A stretch of DNA of 64,000 bases from Actinomycetota bacterium (GTDB lineage Bacteria; Actinomycetota; Actinomycetes; Mycobacteriales; JACQDL01), in NCBI GenBank assembly GCA_016201065.1, contig JACQDL010000001.1, positions 36,708 to 100,707 of the forward strand, in the 5' to 3' direction. Within the stretch, counting starts at the first letter, position 1; each line of letters starts with the position of its first letter. The notes beneath the pieces were generated by a model. The model was given only the letters and a program-made list of their open reading frames with translations. It did no database searches and was not told the DNA's origin. The position numbers and the translations under genes were made by a program. Of this stretch, positions 10,278 through 20,635 are shown in pieces.

Positions 10278-12628
10278 ACCCGGACACCCGGGCCACGCTG
10301 GCCGCCGGAACCGCCACGGTGCTGGCGATCTCGCCGCTGGGCGCGCTGTTCAGCACGATCGGCTGGCTGGCGCCGGCGCTCGGTGCGGTCGCCGCGGTCA
10401 CCGGCGCGCACCTGCTCGCCCGGATGGTGCGGACCCCCCCGCTGCTCGTCCCGTCCGTCGGCGCCGTCGGGCTGCTGGCCTTCCTGACCTGGACCTTCGC
10501 CGGGGCCGGCAGCGTCGGCGGCGTGCTGCCGACGGCGCAGACGCTCCGCCTGCTCACGGCCGGCTTGCGGGCCGCCGGCGCGGACCTCGGCTCCTACGCC
10601 GCGCCCGCCCCGGCGACCCCCGGGCTGGTGCTGCTGGCCACCGCCATCGTGGGCTGGGTGGCGCTGTCGATGGACGCGATCGCGGTGACGATGCGCCGGC
10701 CGGCCGCCTGCGGCCTGGTCATCCTGCTGCTCTACGCCGTGCCCACCGCGATCCTCGCCGGCGCGGTGCCCTGGCCGTACTTCGCCCTCGGTGGCACCGG
10801 CTTCCTGCTGCTGCTCGCCGTCGACGAGCACGAGCGGCTGCTGCGCTGGAGCCGACCGGTGAGTGCGACCGACCCGTCCTGCTTCGGCGATCCGACGCCG
10901 TTCCGGTTCCGTGGCAGGAGGACCGGCGCCGTCGCGCTGGCGGCGGCCGTACTGTTCCCGGTGATCGTGCCCGGCCTGTCCTACCACGGTCTGGCCAGTC
11001 TCCGCGCCGGTGGCGGGTCGTCGGGAGGCGCGGGCGCGACGCTGGAACCGTTCTCACTGCTCCGGGGCATGCTGCTGCGTGGCGGAACGCCGGTGGAGAT
11101 GATGCGGCTCAGCAGCGACGTCGGCTCGGTGTCATACCTGCGCACCTTGGTGCTGGACCAGTACACCCGCGCGGGCTGGCAGATGTCCCAGCCGGTGGCC
11201 AACCAGGCCGCGACGATGCCGCTGTTCGGAGCGGGCTCCCGCGGCGGCCCGACCCTGGACGTCCACGTCACCGTCACCGGCTTCGCCGACCACTACCTCC
11301 CTACGCTGGCGGGCACCGTCGCCATTGACGGCCTGCCGCCCCGCGACCGCTGGCAGTACGACCGTGATCGAGAAATGATCTTCAGCGCGGCTGCGACCAC
11401 GGCCGGGAAGTCCTACGACCTCATCGCGATGCCACCAAACCCAACCGCGGACCAGTTGCTGGCCAGCGCGCAGCTCCCTGCCGACGCCGCGGTCAGGCAG
11501 GAGTGGGGCGCCGTCCCGCCGGACTTCTCACCCGCCGTGGCCGCGCAGGTAAGGCTGCTGACCAGCGGCCGGACGGCGCCGTACCAGCGGGCGCGCGCCA
11601 TCTACGACTACTTCGCCCCCAGCAACGGCTTCGAGTACTCCACCGCGACCAAGGACGGCAACACCGGGGACGACCTCGCCAACTTCCTGCAGCAGAAGCA
11701 GGGCTACTGCCAGCAGTACGCCGCCGCGATGGCGATCATGCTCCGGGTTGCCGGAGTGCCGGCCCGGGTGGTGATCGGTTTCACCCACCACGGCGTGCCC
11801 GCCAACGGCTACTGGTCGATCCTGAACACCGACGCCCACGCCTGGGCCGAGGCGTACTTCACCGGCATCGGCTGGATCCCGTTCGATCCCACTCCGCCCG
11901 ATCCGACGACACCCGGCCGCAGCCTTGGCCAGCCGTGGGCGCCGGCCAGCACCCCCCGCGTCTCGGTGGCACCCACGCCGGGCAGCACCAGCTCCCGCCC
12001 CGCGGGTCAGAGCCAGCCCACCAAGCAGCGGGACAACGCGGCGGATCCCGCCGTGAGCGTCACCGCGCGGCACGGCATCACCCCGACCCAGGTCGGCACC
12101 GGTCTCGCGATCATGCTGGTGCTGTTCGCCGTGGCGACGCCAGGGCTGGTCCGCACCGCCCAGCGGCGTAGGCGGCTGGCCACCGCGACCCGGGGCGATC
12201 CCGCGGCCGCGGCCCGGGCCGCGTGGGACGAGTTCACCGCGACGGCCGCTGACCTGGGCCTGGTACTGCGGCCGGCGGAGTCACCCAGGGCCACCGCGGC
12301 GCGGCTGGTCGACGAGGTCCCGCTGCACGGACCGCAGGCGGCCGGAATGCGGCTGCTGGCCATGGCCGAGGAACGGTGCAGGTACGCGCCGGACGCCCGC
12401 GTCGACGGGGACCTGCCCACCGCCGTTCGCGCGGTCCGGCGGGGCCTCCTCGCCGCCCGCGGCCGGCGTCACCGGCTGCGGGCCCGGGCCGCGCCGTCGG
12501 TGCTGCACACCGCCCGGGACGCGGTCGACCGGCGGCTGGGTGAGCTGCCGGCGCAGCTCGCGTCGCTCAGCGGTCGGGCCGGTCGGGCCGGCCGGACCGG
12601 CCGCCGGAGCCGCCATGCTCGCGGGTGA
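10274..12628 (+). CDS. Membrane transglutaminase-like protein (DUF3488/TgpA type)
   Basis: GTG overlaps the DUF58 stop; N-terminal TM helices; GYCQQYAAAM (Cys), HAWAEAYF (His), GWIPFDPTP (Asp). Confidence 0.9.
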   Translation: MNPDTRATLAAGTATVLAISPLGALFSTIGWLAPALGAVAAVTGAHLLARMVRTPPLLVPSVGAVGLLAFLTWTFAGAGSVGGVLPTAQTLRLLTAGLRAAGADLGSYAAPAPATPGLVLLATAIVGWVALSMDAIAVTMRRPAACGLVILLLYAVPTAILAGAVPWPYFALGGTGFLLLLAVDEHERLLRWSRPVSATDPSCFGDPTPFRFRGRRTGAVALAAAVLFPVIVPGLSYHGLASLRAGGGSSGGAGATLEPFSLLRGMLLRGGTPVEMMRLSSDVGSVSYLRTLVLDQYTRAGWQMSQPVANQAATMPLFGAGSRGGPTLDVHVTVTGFADHYLPTLAGTVAIDGLPPRDRWQYDRDREMIFSAAATTAGKSYDLIAMPPNPTADQLLASAQLPADAAVRQEWGAVPPDFSPAVAAQVRLLTSGRTAPYQRARAIYDYFAPSNGFEYSTATKDGNTGDDLANFLQQKQGYCQQYAAAMAIMLRVAGVPARVVIGFTHHGVPANGYWSILNTDAHAWAEAYFTGIGWIPFDPTPPDPTTPGRSLGQPWAPASTPRVSVAPTPGSTSSRPAGQSQPTKQRDNAADPAVSVTARHGITPTQVGTGLAIMLVLFAVATPGLVRTAQRRRRLATATRGDPAAAARAAWDEFTATAADLGLVLRPAESPRATAARLVDEVPLHGPQAAGMRLLAMAEERCRYAPDARVDGDLPTAVRAVRRGLLAARGRRHRLRARAAPSVLHTARDAVDRRLGELPAQLASLSGRAGRAGRTGRRSRHARG

Positions 12629-12846
12629 GACCGCGCACCGGACGGCCGGGCGGGTCCGGCCGGGCGGGTCGGCCACCGGATGCTCGGCTCCGCAGCCGCA
12701 CCCGGTCGCATCGAGAGTGCGCGCCCGCCTTTCCCGCCCGGCCGCAGGCTCGTATCCTGGAGTGGGCGACCGGGCCGCGGCCGCTGGCTGACTCATCATC
12801 CGCCGCGAGGACTACTCGCAGCGGGCGCATTGCGGGGAGGAGCGCC

Positions 12847-13230
12847 GTGCCGCTCTCTGAGCATGAGCAGCGCCTGCTCGAGCAGATCGAGCGAGCGCTG
12901 TACGCCGAGGACCCGAAGTTCGCCTCGACGGTGAGTTCTACGAACCTGCACACGCACGCCCGCCGGCAGATCGTGCGGGCCACGATCGGTTTCACGCTCG
13001 GCGTGGGCGCGCTGCTGGTCGGTGTCATGATCCCGTCGGTGCCGCTCGCGGTGGCCGGTTTCCTCTTGATGTTCGCCACCGTGGTGTACGCCGTGTCGCA
13101 GGGAAAGCGCATGTTCGGCAAGGCGGATCTGAAGGTCGTCAGCGAGCAGGGGAAACCGCGTAAGCGACACCGGCAGACTCTCTTGCGACGGATGGAGGAG
13201 CGTTTCCGGCGTCGCTTCGACGAGGACTGA
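12847..13230 (+). CDS. DUF3040 family membrane protein (Rv2169c-like)
   Basis: GGGGAGG SD; MPLSEHEQRLLEQIERALYAEDPKFA, two TM segments, MEERFRRRFDE C-terminus. Confidence 0.9.
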   Translation: MPLSEHEQRLLEQIERALYAEDPKFASTVSSTNLHTHARRQIVRATIGFTLGVGALLVGVMIPSVPLAVAGFLLMFATVVYAVSQGKRMFGKADLKVVSEQGKPRKRHRQTLLRRMEERFRRRFDED

Positions 13231-13262
13231 CCGGCGAGCAGCGGGCGCCCACCCGGCCACGG

Positions 13263-14537
13263 TCAACTCGGCAGGTCACCCGCGGCCGCGCCGCGTACCG
13301 GTCGCGACGCCGGCCGAGGGGGCACGAGAGCGGCCGGGCGGACCACCCCCGCCCCGAATCGGGTCACCGCACGGTCGACGGCTCGGTCCGCCTCCCGCCA
13401 GCCCGATTCCCGTGACCCCAGCGCGAGCTGCTCAGGGGTGCCCTGAGCAGCGCTCAGCCCCTCCACCCGGACACCCACCAGCCTGATCGGCGTCCGGCCA
13501 AGCCGCAGCGCCCCGTACAGCTGCCGGACGATCGAGTAGATCTCCTGCCCCGCATTGGTGGGCACGGCCGCGGTGCGGGATCGGGTGATCGTGGTGAAGT
13601 CAGCGAACCGAATCCGCACCGTGACGGTCCGCCCGAGCTGGCCGGCCGCCCGCAGCCGGGCCGCGGTCCGCTCCGCCAGCCGCAGCAGCTCACGATGGAT
13701 CAGCCGCGGGTCGTCGACGTCCACCTCAAAGGTCTCATCGGCTCCGATCGACTTCTCGACGCTCTCCGGCAACACGCCGCCGGCCTCCCGACCCCAGGCA
13801 AGCTCGTGCAGGTGCGCCGCGACCGTCCGGCCGACCGCCCCCCGGAGCACGGTCAGCGGGGCGTGGGCGACATCTCGCACGGTCCGCATTCCGAGCTGGC
13901 CGAGCCGATCGGCGGTACGCTCGCCGACCCCCCACAACGCGCCGATGGGAAGCGGGTGCAGGAACTCCAACACGCCGTCGCGGGGCACCACGAGCAGGCC
14001 GTCCGGCTTGCACCGGGTCGAGGCGAGCTTGGCCAGGAACTTCGTCGACGCCACGCCGACCGAACAGGTGATGCCGTACCGCTCGGTGACCCGGGACCGC
14101 ACGAGCTGCCCGATCGTGGCCGGGTTTCCCATCAACCGGACCGCGCCGGACACGTCGAGGAACGCCTCGTCCAGCGACCGCGGCTGCACCAGCGGTGTCA
14201 CCGACCGGAAGACATCCATCACGCCTCGCGAGATCTCGACGTAGTGCGGCAGATCCGGCGGGAGGACGACGGCCTGCGGACAGAGCTGGCGGGCCCGGCT
14301 CATCGGCATGGCGCTGCGCACGCCGTGGCCGCGCGCGGCGTAGCTGGCCGAGCTCACCACGCCGCGCGGACCGATGCCTCCGACGATCACGGCCTTGCCC
14401 GAGAGCTCCGGACGCCTGCGCACCTCGACGCTGGCGAAGAAGGCGTCCATGTCCACGTGCAGGATCGGACAGCCTGAATCATCGGCCGGCGTGCCGGCCG
14501 GGCCGATCCGGGGAAGCTGTCCGCTGCGCCCCACCAC
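13263..14537 (-). CDS. dinB: DNA polymerase IV (Y family)
   Basis: ILHVDMDAFFASVE, SLDEAFLD, CSVGV...K.LAK.AS..CKPDG, LWGVG. Confidence 0.95.
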   Translation of the reverse strand: MVGRSGQLPRIGPAGTPADDSGCPILHVDMDAFFASVEVRRRPELSGKAVIVGGIGPRGVVSSASYAARGHGVRSAMPMSRARQLCPQAVVLPPDLPHYVEISRGVMDVFRSVTPLVQPRSLDEAFLDVSGAVRLMGNPATIGQLVRSRVTERYGITCSVGVASTKFLAKLASTRCKPDGLLVVPRDGVLEFLHPLPIGALWGVGERTADRLGQLGMRTVRDVAHAPLTVLRGAVGRTVAAHLHELAWGREAGGVLPESVEKSIGADETFEVDVDDPRLIHRELLRLAERTAARLRAAGQLGRTVTVRIRFADFTTITRSRTAAVPTNAGQEIYSIVRQLYGALRLGRTPIRLVGVRVEGLSAAQGTPEQLALGSRESGWREADRAVDRAVTRFGAGVVRPAALVPPRPASRPVRGAAAGDLPS

Positions 14538-14549
14538 ACCCCCCCATGG

Positions 14550-15302
14550 TCAGGGCCGTCGGGCGAACGCGTGCAGCTGGGCGGCGATGTCACGGTAGGG
14601 CGGTGTCGCGGCGGCGGCGAGCTCCAGGTCGAGCAGCGCCTCCACGCCCCCCGGTACTCCCTCCAGCATCGCTCCGGGCACCAGGTCGGCGACCACCCGC
14701 ACCCCGTGCAGCCGCTCCACGACGAGGCCGCCGGCCTCCAGCAACCCGGTGAGGACCCCGGTGTCGAACCGGCGACGCACCGCATCGGCCGCACCGGACC
14801 GGCCGGCCGGGTCAGCAAACGCTCGGGCCGCCTCGGCGACGCGGCCGCTCAGAACCCGAGCCAACACGGTGGCAACCCGATTGGCCACCAGCACGCTCGC
14901 GCGGCCACCAGGGCGCAACAGCCGGGCGATCGTGGCGATGGTCTGACCGGGGTCCTCGACGACCTCAAGAATGCTGTGGCAGAGCACGAGATCGTACGAG
15001 GCGGCCTGGACGGCCTCCGCGATCCGGTCCGCGTCTCCCTGCACCGCGACCACCCGGCCGGCGACCCCGGCCTCGGCGGCCCTCCGCTGCAGGGTTGCGA
15101 GGGCGTCGGCGCTCGCGTCGACCACCGTGACGGTCAGCCCCATCTCCGCCAGAGGCACCGCGAACACACCGCTCCCGCCCCCGACGTCGAGCACGGCGAG
15201 CTCGGTGACCCCCAAGTCCCGGCGCCGCCGGAGCTCCGCCCGCAGCACGGACCACACCACGGCGGTGCGTGGCGACTCGTGGGACCGTGGGTCATCCGCC
15301 AC
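14550..15302 (-). CDS. Class I SAM-dependent methyltransferase
   Basis: VLDVGGGSG motif I, VTVVD, YDLVLCHSILE. Confidence 0.88.
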   Translation of the reverse strand: MADDPRSHESPRTAVVWSVLRAELRRRRDLGVTELAVLDVGGGSGVFAVPLAEMGLTVTVVDASADALATLQRRAAEAGVAGRVVAVQGDADRIAEAVQAASYDLVLCHSILEVVEDPGQTIATIARLLRPGGRASVLVANRVATVLARVLSGRVAEAARAFADPAGRSGAADAVRRRFDTGVLTGLLEAGGLVVERLHGVRVVADLVPGAMLEGVPGGVEALLDLELAAAATPPYRDIAAQLHAFARRP

Positions 15303-15401
15303 GACCGCCTCCTCTGCCGCTCACCGGGCCGCCTGAGGTCCACCGCCGACGGCGTGCGTAGCCTAGCCGCTGTCCCCGCGGCTCCCCAGGACGCTGACAC
15401 C

Positions 15402-15875
15402 TCATCCCGCGCGAGCGACCCGTCCCGAGGCCAGGCAGATCCTGAGAGTCGCCTCCACCACCGCGAGGAAGGCGTCGACATCCCGCACCAGGTCGTCGGC
15501 GTCCCGGCGGGTCACCGCAGCGGTCGAGCCGGCCTCGGCGGCGGCGCGCTTGGCCGAACCGGCGGCGAAGAAGGTGGCCCACTCGCCCAGCTCCGGCGCG
15601 ATGGAGGTCAACATCACCCAGGCGCTGGTCGGCCGCCGCCGGGTGGAGGAGGTCGCCGGCCTGGCCCGCGCGGCGAGCACGGCGGCCGCACCACGCAGCG
15701 CCGCGAGGTGGGCTGCGGCGTACCGGTCGGCCGGGCAGGTGTGCTCCCATGCCTCCTGGAGCGACCGGCGGGCCTGCGCCACCAGCTCCAGCGCCGGCCG
15801 CGACAGCCGGGTCGGCAACGCCACGTTGACCGGGCGGCCGGTGCGACCCGCCACGGTACGTCCTGGCAGCGGCAT
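15402..15875 (-). CDS. SAV_6107-family HEPN-domain protein
   Basis: GGAGG SD before ATG 15875; RYAAAHLAALRGAAAVLA...W..L..IAPEL.EWA.FFA.GSAKRAAAEAG...VT.RDADDL. Confidence 0.85.
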   Translation of the reverse strand: MPLPGRTVAGRTGRPVNVALPTRLSRPALELVAQARRSLQEAWEHTCPADRYAAAHLAALRGAAAVLAARARPATSSTRRRPTSAWVMLTSIAPELGEWATFFAAGSAKRAAAEAGSTAAVTRRDADDLVRDVDAFLAVVEATLRICLASGRVARAG

Positions 15876-15955
15876 CGCTGCTCCTCCCTGTCTGGACCGC
15901 GCTGGCGTGACGCCGGCGGTCTGGTCTGCCCGGCTGGCCCCTCGGGACAGCCGGA

Positions 15956-15971
15956 TCGAACGTACGTTCGA
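15956..15971. promoter_or_regulatory. LexA (SOS) box TCGAAC-GTAC-GTTCGA
   Basis: Perfect 16-bp palindrome matching the actinobacterial consensus TCGAAC-N4-GTTCGA, 80 bp upstream of the SAV_6107-MTase-dinB unit. Confidence 0.9.
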
Positions 15972-16214
15972 ATGAAGGAAATCTAACCCCGCCCACCGAC
16001 GATCGCGCAAGGGGCATCGGCGGGAACCCGGCGGGTCCGCGGCGGCCAGCCGGCGGTGCCGTGACCCGTCCGGCCGAGTCCTTGGCGTGGCATGCCGCCC
16101 AAGAGCTACTACGCTGCCGGTCGTGACCCGAGCCGCGACGCAGACCGCCACCGCAGGTGCCTGGCTGGCTGCCGGGCGCCGTGCCCGCCACCGCGTCGCT
16201 GACGGTGGTCCACC

Positions 16215-16787
16215 ATGAGGGTCGACCAGCGCACCCGCATCGTGCACTGGTCCCCGGCGCAGATGCGGCAGCGGGTGGACGAGGCGATGTCCGTCTACGA
16301 GAGCGCCATGGCCTACCCCGTCGGCACCGGCACCCAGCGGCGTGACCACGCCGTGGCGCACACCAGCCTGCCCGGCTACCGAGCCTCGGCGGCCCTGACC
16401 AGCGGTGACGAGCTCGCCGGGTTCGGCTATGGCTACCGCAGCCTGCCCGGCCAGTGGTGGCACGACCAGGTCCGCGCCGCGCTCGGGCCGGAGCTCGCCG
16501 CGGCCTGGCTACGCGACGGGTTCGAGCTCTGCGAGCTGCATGTGCGTCCCCGCTACCAGGGATACGGCACCGGCCGTCGCCTGCTGCTCGCCCTCGCCGG
16601 TGTGGTGCCGCAGCCCCGGATCCTGTTGTCCACCCCGGAAGGGCCCACCCGGGCCTGGCGGCTCTACCTGGACATGGGGTTTGTGGCACTGGCCCGCGGG
16701 CACCACTTCCCCGGGGACAACCGCCCGTTCGGGATCCTGGGCGCCCAGCTCCCGCTGTCCGTGACGCGGCCGGCGAGACAGGCATGA
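16215..16787 (+). CDS. GNAT-family N-acetyltransferase (Rv2170-like)
   Basis: GFGYGY...GQWWHDQV, FELCELHVRPRYQGYGTG, ARGHHFPGDNRPF. Confidence 0.85.
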   Translation: MRVDQRTRIVHWSPAQMRQRVDEAMSVYESAMAYPVGTGTQRRDHAVAHTSLPGYRASAALTSGDELAGFGYGYRSLPGQWWHDQVRAALGPELAAAWLRDGFELCELHVRPRYQGYGTGRRLLLALAGVVPQPRILLSTPEGPTRAWRLYLDMGFVALARGHHFPGDNRPFGILGAQLPLSVTRPARQA

Positions 16788-16937
16788 ACGCGGGGGACGC
16801 CGCGGCATCGAGCCGGCCGCCGCACGACAGCCGCGCCCAGCTCGCGCCGTTCATCCCGCACGGAATATTGTGCGATATCCGACAAAACATCGCACGCCCT
16901 GCCGGCGTCGATGCTTGATCCACTCGGGAGGAAACCC

Positions 16938-17357
16938 GTGATCTACCGCGTCGGTCGGGTCGTGGTCCTGGTCCGCGACTACGACGAGGCTGTCGAGTTC
17001 TACGCCCAGCTCGGCTTTCAGCGGCTCTTCGATGGCCGCGGCGACAATGGCTTCCGGTTCGTCCACATCGGGCTGCCTGACCAGAGCGGCGTGGGGCTGT
17101 GGCTGCTCCAGCCCGCCGACGAGGAACAGATCGCGCTGATCGGCCGGCAAACCGGCGGTCAGCCACTCATGGTCCTCTACACCGACGACCTGCACGGCGA
17201 GTACCTGCGGCTCGCCTCGCTCGGTGTGACATTCCGCGAGGACCCACGGGAGGAGCAGGACAGCTACGTCGCGCACTTCCGGGACGTCTACGGCAACGAG
17301 ATCGTCCTCGTCCAGGTGAAGGACGGCGACGCGGCGGGAGTCCCGAGCCTGCCGTGA
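16938..17357 (+). CDS. VOC/glyoxalase family protein
   Basis: GGGAGG SD then GTG; [21 protein letters not shown]...Y..L...[12 protein letters not shown]. Confidence 0.88.
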   Translation: MIYRVGRVVVLVRDYDEAVEFYAQLGFQRLFDGRGDNGFRFVHIGLPDQSGVGLWLLQPADEEQIALIGRQTGGQPLMVLYTDDLHGEYLRLASLGVTFREDPREEQDSYVAHFRDVYGNEIVLVQVKDGDAAGVPSLP

Positions 17358-18559
17358 CCGATGACGTCTCCCGGCTGCTCGCCGAGCATCCGATCCTCGA
17401 CGGGCACAACGACCTGCCGTGGGCGATGCGCGACCACGCCGGCTACGACTTCGACCGGCTCGACCTCGCCGAGCATCAGCCGCGGCTGCATACCGACCTC
17501 CCCCGGCTGCGCCGGGGCGGTGTCGGTGCCCAGTACTGGTCGGTCTACGTGCCGTCCCGGTTGCAGGGCGCGGGCGCGGTCACGGCGACCCTCGACCAGG
17601 TCGACCACGTGCACCGGATGGTCGAGCGGTACCCCGACCAGCTCACCCTGGCCGGTACCGCCGCCGACGTCGACCGGGCGATCGCCGGGGGCACGATCGC
17701 CAGCCTGCTCGGCGCCGAGGGCGGCCACTCGATCGACTGCTCGCTCGGCGCGCTACGAATGCTGTACGCGCTGGGCGTGCGGTACCTCACCCTCACCCAC
17801 AACGACAACGTGCCGTGGGCGGACTCGGCCACCGACGAGCCCCGGGTGGGCGGGCTGTCGGCGTTCGGAGTCGAGGTCGTCCGCGAGATGAACCGGCTGG
17901 GCATGCTGGTGGACCTCTCCCATGTCGCCCCGGACACCATGCGGGCGGCGTTGCGGGTCACCGAGGCACCGGTGATGTTCTCGCACTCCTCGGCCCGGGC
18001 ACTCTGCGACCACCCCCGCAACGTCCACGACGACGTGCTCGCCACGCTGACCGGCAACGGCGGGATCTGCATGGTCACCTTCGTGCCGGCGTTCGTGTCC
18101 CAGCGCCGGGCCGGCTGGTACACCGAAGGCAGGCAGGCCGCGCAGCAGGCCGGCGTCGACGTCCGCGACCTGGAGCCGCTGTGGGCCTTCCTGAAGACCT
18201 GGGAGCTGACCAACCCGCCACCCGTGGTCACCGTCGCGGAGGTCGCCGACCATGTGGAACACGTCCGTGAGCTGGCCGGCGTCGACCAGGTCGGCCTGGG
18301 CGGCGACTTCGACGGGATGGACTCCACCCCGGTCGGGTTGGAGGACGTCAGCCGCTATCCCGAGCTGATCGCGACCCTGCGGGACCGCGGTTGGTCCACC
18401 ACCGAGCTCGGCAAGCTCACCAGCGGCAACGCGCTGCGGGTGTTGCGGGACGCCGAGGCGACGGCACGCGCCGCCCGGGCGACCCGCGGGCCGTCACTGG
18501 CGACCATCACCGCGCTCGACGGGCCGGTCGCGGCACGGCGGAGCGCGCCGAACCGCTAG
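17354..18559 (+). CDS. Membrane dipeptidase (peptidase M19)
   Basis: [38 protein letters not shown]. Confidence 0.93.
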   Translation: MTDDVSRLLAEHPILDGHNDLPWAMRDHAGYDFDRLDLAEHQPRLHTDLPRLRRGGVGAQYWSVYVPSRLQGAGAVTATLDQVDHVHRMVERYPDQLTLAGTAADVDRAIAGGTIASLLGAEGGHSIDCSLGALRMLYALGVRYLTLTHNDNVPWADSATDEPRVGGLSAFGVEVVREMNRLGMLVDLSHVAPDTMRAALRVTEAPVMFSHSSARALCDHPRNVHDDVLATLTGNGGICMVTFVPAFVSQRRAGWYTEGRQAAQQAGVDVRDLEPLWAFLKTWELTNPPPVVTVAEVADHVEHVRELAGVDQVGLGGDFDGMDSTPVGLEDVSRYPELIATLRDRGWSTTELGKLTSGNALRVLRDAEATARAARATRGPSLATITALDGPVAARRSAPNR

Positions 18560-19440
18560 CCGCGCGAGGACAGCCCCAGGTTGACCCACACCTCGCGGGT
18601 CGCGGTGGACCGGTTGAAGGTGATGAAATGGATCCCCGGCACACCCTCGGCCAGCAGCTGGCCGCACAGCGCGCTGGCCTGCTCGATGCCGAGCTGGCGG
18701 ACCGCCTCCGGCTGGTCGGCCAGCGCGGCGAACTGCTCGGCCAGCGCCGGCGGGAACGGCGCCCCGGACAGCTGCTCCGAGCGAGCGATCGTGCCCAGCC
18801 GGGTGACCGGCATGATTCCCGCGATGATCGGAATCTCGCACCCCGCCGCCCGGACCCGGTCACGCAGCCGTAGGTAGTCCTCCACCTGGAAGAACATCTG
18901 GGTGATCGCGAAGTCCGCGCCAGCGCGGCATTTTCGGATGAAGGCCTCGACATCGGTCGCCACACTCGGCGAGCGTGGATGCTTGAACGGGAACGCGGCG
19001 ACGCCGACGCAGAAGTCGCCACTGTCCCGGACGAGCCGCACAAGATCCTCGGCGTAGCTCAGCCCGTCCGGGTGCGCCACCCACTCCCCCGTCGGGTCGC
19101 CCGGCGGGTCGCCCAGCAGCGCGAGGATGTTGCTCACCCCGGCGCCCGCAAGCCGACCGATGATGGTGCGCAGCTCCCGCACCGAGTGGCCGACGGCGGT
19201 GATGTGCGCGACCGGCAGCAGGGTGGTGTCGGTCGCGATCCGCTCGGTGACCTCGACCGTGCGGTCGCGGGTGCTCCCGCCCGCACCGTAGGTCACGGAC
19301 ACGAACGACGGGCCCAGCGACTCCAGCTCACGAATCGTGCGCCACAGCGTCGCCTGCTCGGCGTCGTTCTTCGGTGGAAAGAACTCGAAGGAGAACGTCG
19401 GCCGGCCCGCAGCCAACCGGTCACGCACGGTAGAACCCAT
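18556..19440 (-). CDS. metF: 5,10-methylenetetrahydrofolate reductase
   Basis: [40 protein letters not shown]. Confidence 0.95.
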   Translation of the reverse strand: MGSTVRDRLAAGRPTFSFEFFPPKNDAEQATLWRTIRELESLGPSFVSVTYGAGGSTRDRTVEVTERIATDTTLLPVAHITAVGHSVRELRTIIGRLAGAGVSNILALLGDPPGDPTGEWVAHPDGLSYAEDLVRLVRDSGDFCVGVAAFPFKHPRSPSVATDVEAFIRKCRAGADFAITQMFFQVEDYLRLRDRVRAAGCEIPIIAGIMPVTRLGTIARSEQLSGAPFPPALAEQFAALADQPEAVRQLGIEQASALCGQLLAEGVPGIHFITFNRSTATREVWVNLGLSSRG

Positions 19441-19531
19441 CTGGCAAGGGTAACGGCACGGGATGGTTCGCCTCGCCGGCGCAACGGCGGAGGGGGCTGA
19501 TCGGCCTTCGGGGAGGCAGCGGGATACTGCC

Positions 19532-20605
19532 GTGGTGACCTCTCTGCCGGCCCATGTCGCCGACCGGGTCGACCGGGTGCTACGGGAGTTCCTGGCCGGC
19601 CAGCGGGATCGGCTCGGGGCGATCGCCGCGGACATGGCACCGGTGGTGGACGCCGCGGTCGAGTTCCTGGCGGGGGGCAAGCGGCTGCGGCCGGCGTTCG
19701 CGTACTGGGGTTGGCGGGGGGCTGGCGGCGAGGAGTCCGGGCCGGCGGCCGACGCGATGGTCGCGGCGGCGAGCAGCCTGGAGCTGCTGCACGCCAGCGC
19801 CCTGCTGCATGACGACGTGATGGACGGCTCCGACACCCGGCGCGGTCGGCCCACGGCACACCGCCGGTTCGCGGCGCTGCACCGGGACTCCGGCTGGTCC
19901 GGCTCACCCGAGTCTTTCGGCGCGGCCGCCGCGATCCTGCTCGGTGACCTGTGCCTGATGTGGTCGACCGAGCTGCTGCACGGCTGCGGTCTGGATCACG
20001 CCGCCGTGCACCGGGGGCTGGCCGTCTACGACCGGATGTGCGGCGAGCTCATCGCCGGGCAGTACCTCGACGTGCTGGAGCAGGCGCGGGGTGCCGGCAC
20101 CGTCGAGGCCGCGCTCCGGGTGGCCCGCTACAAGACGGCGGCCTACACCGTGGAGCGTCCGCTGCACCTCGGCGCCCGGCTGGCCGGCGGTTCGGCCGAG
20201 CTGCTGGCCGCGTACTCCGGGTACGGCGCCGCGATCGGCGAGGCCTACCAGCTGCGCGACGACGTGCTCGGGGTGTACGGCGACCCGGCCCGCACCGGCA
20301 AGCCGGCCGGCGACGATCTGCGTGAGGGCAAGCGGACGGTCCTGGTCGCGCTCGCGGCCCTGCGCTCGCCGCCGGCCGACGCCGCTGAGCTGCACCGCCT
20401 GCTGGGCGACCCGGCACTGTCACCCGCTGGGGTAACCACCCTGCGCGAGCTGATCTCGGCCAGCGGCGCGCTGGCCGAGATGGAGATGATGATCACCGAA
20501 CGGGTCGGGCGCGGACTGGACGCGCTGGCGACCGGACCCGTCGAGCCCGCCGCCGCGCAGGCGCTGCGCGACCTCGCGGTCGCGGCGACGGCGAGGTCCG
20601 GCTGA
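19532..20605 (+). CDS. Polyprenyl (geranylgeranyl-type) diphosphate synthase, IdsA2-like (frame open from 19463)
   Basis: [30 protein letters not shown] (FARM), [12 protein letters not shown] (SARM), DDLREGK. Confidence 0.92.
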   Translation: MVTSLPAHVADRVDRVLREFLAGQRDRLGAIAADMAPVVDAAVEFLAGGKRLRPAFAYWGWRGAGGEESGPAADAMVAAASSLELLHASALLHDDVMDGSDTRRGRPTAHRRFAALHRDSGWSGSPESFGAAAAILLGDLCLMWSTELLHGCGLDHAAVHRGLAVYDRMCGELIAGQYLDVLEQARGAGTVEAALRVARYKTAAYTVERPLHLGARLAGGSAELLAAYSGYGAAIGEAYQLRDDVLGVYGDPARTGKPAGDDLREGKRTVLVALAALRSPPADAAELHRLLGDPALSPAGVTTLRELISASGALAEMEMMITERVGRGLDALATGPVEPAAAQALRDLAVAATARSG

Positions 20606-20635
20606 TGCGCCACGTCGCCGGCCAACGATCGGGTC

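Noticed and set aside
19441-19531. SAM riboswitch upstream of metF
   Set aside because: Spacer is short and shows no recognisable SAM-I/SAM-IV core.
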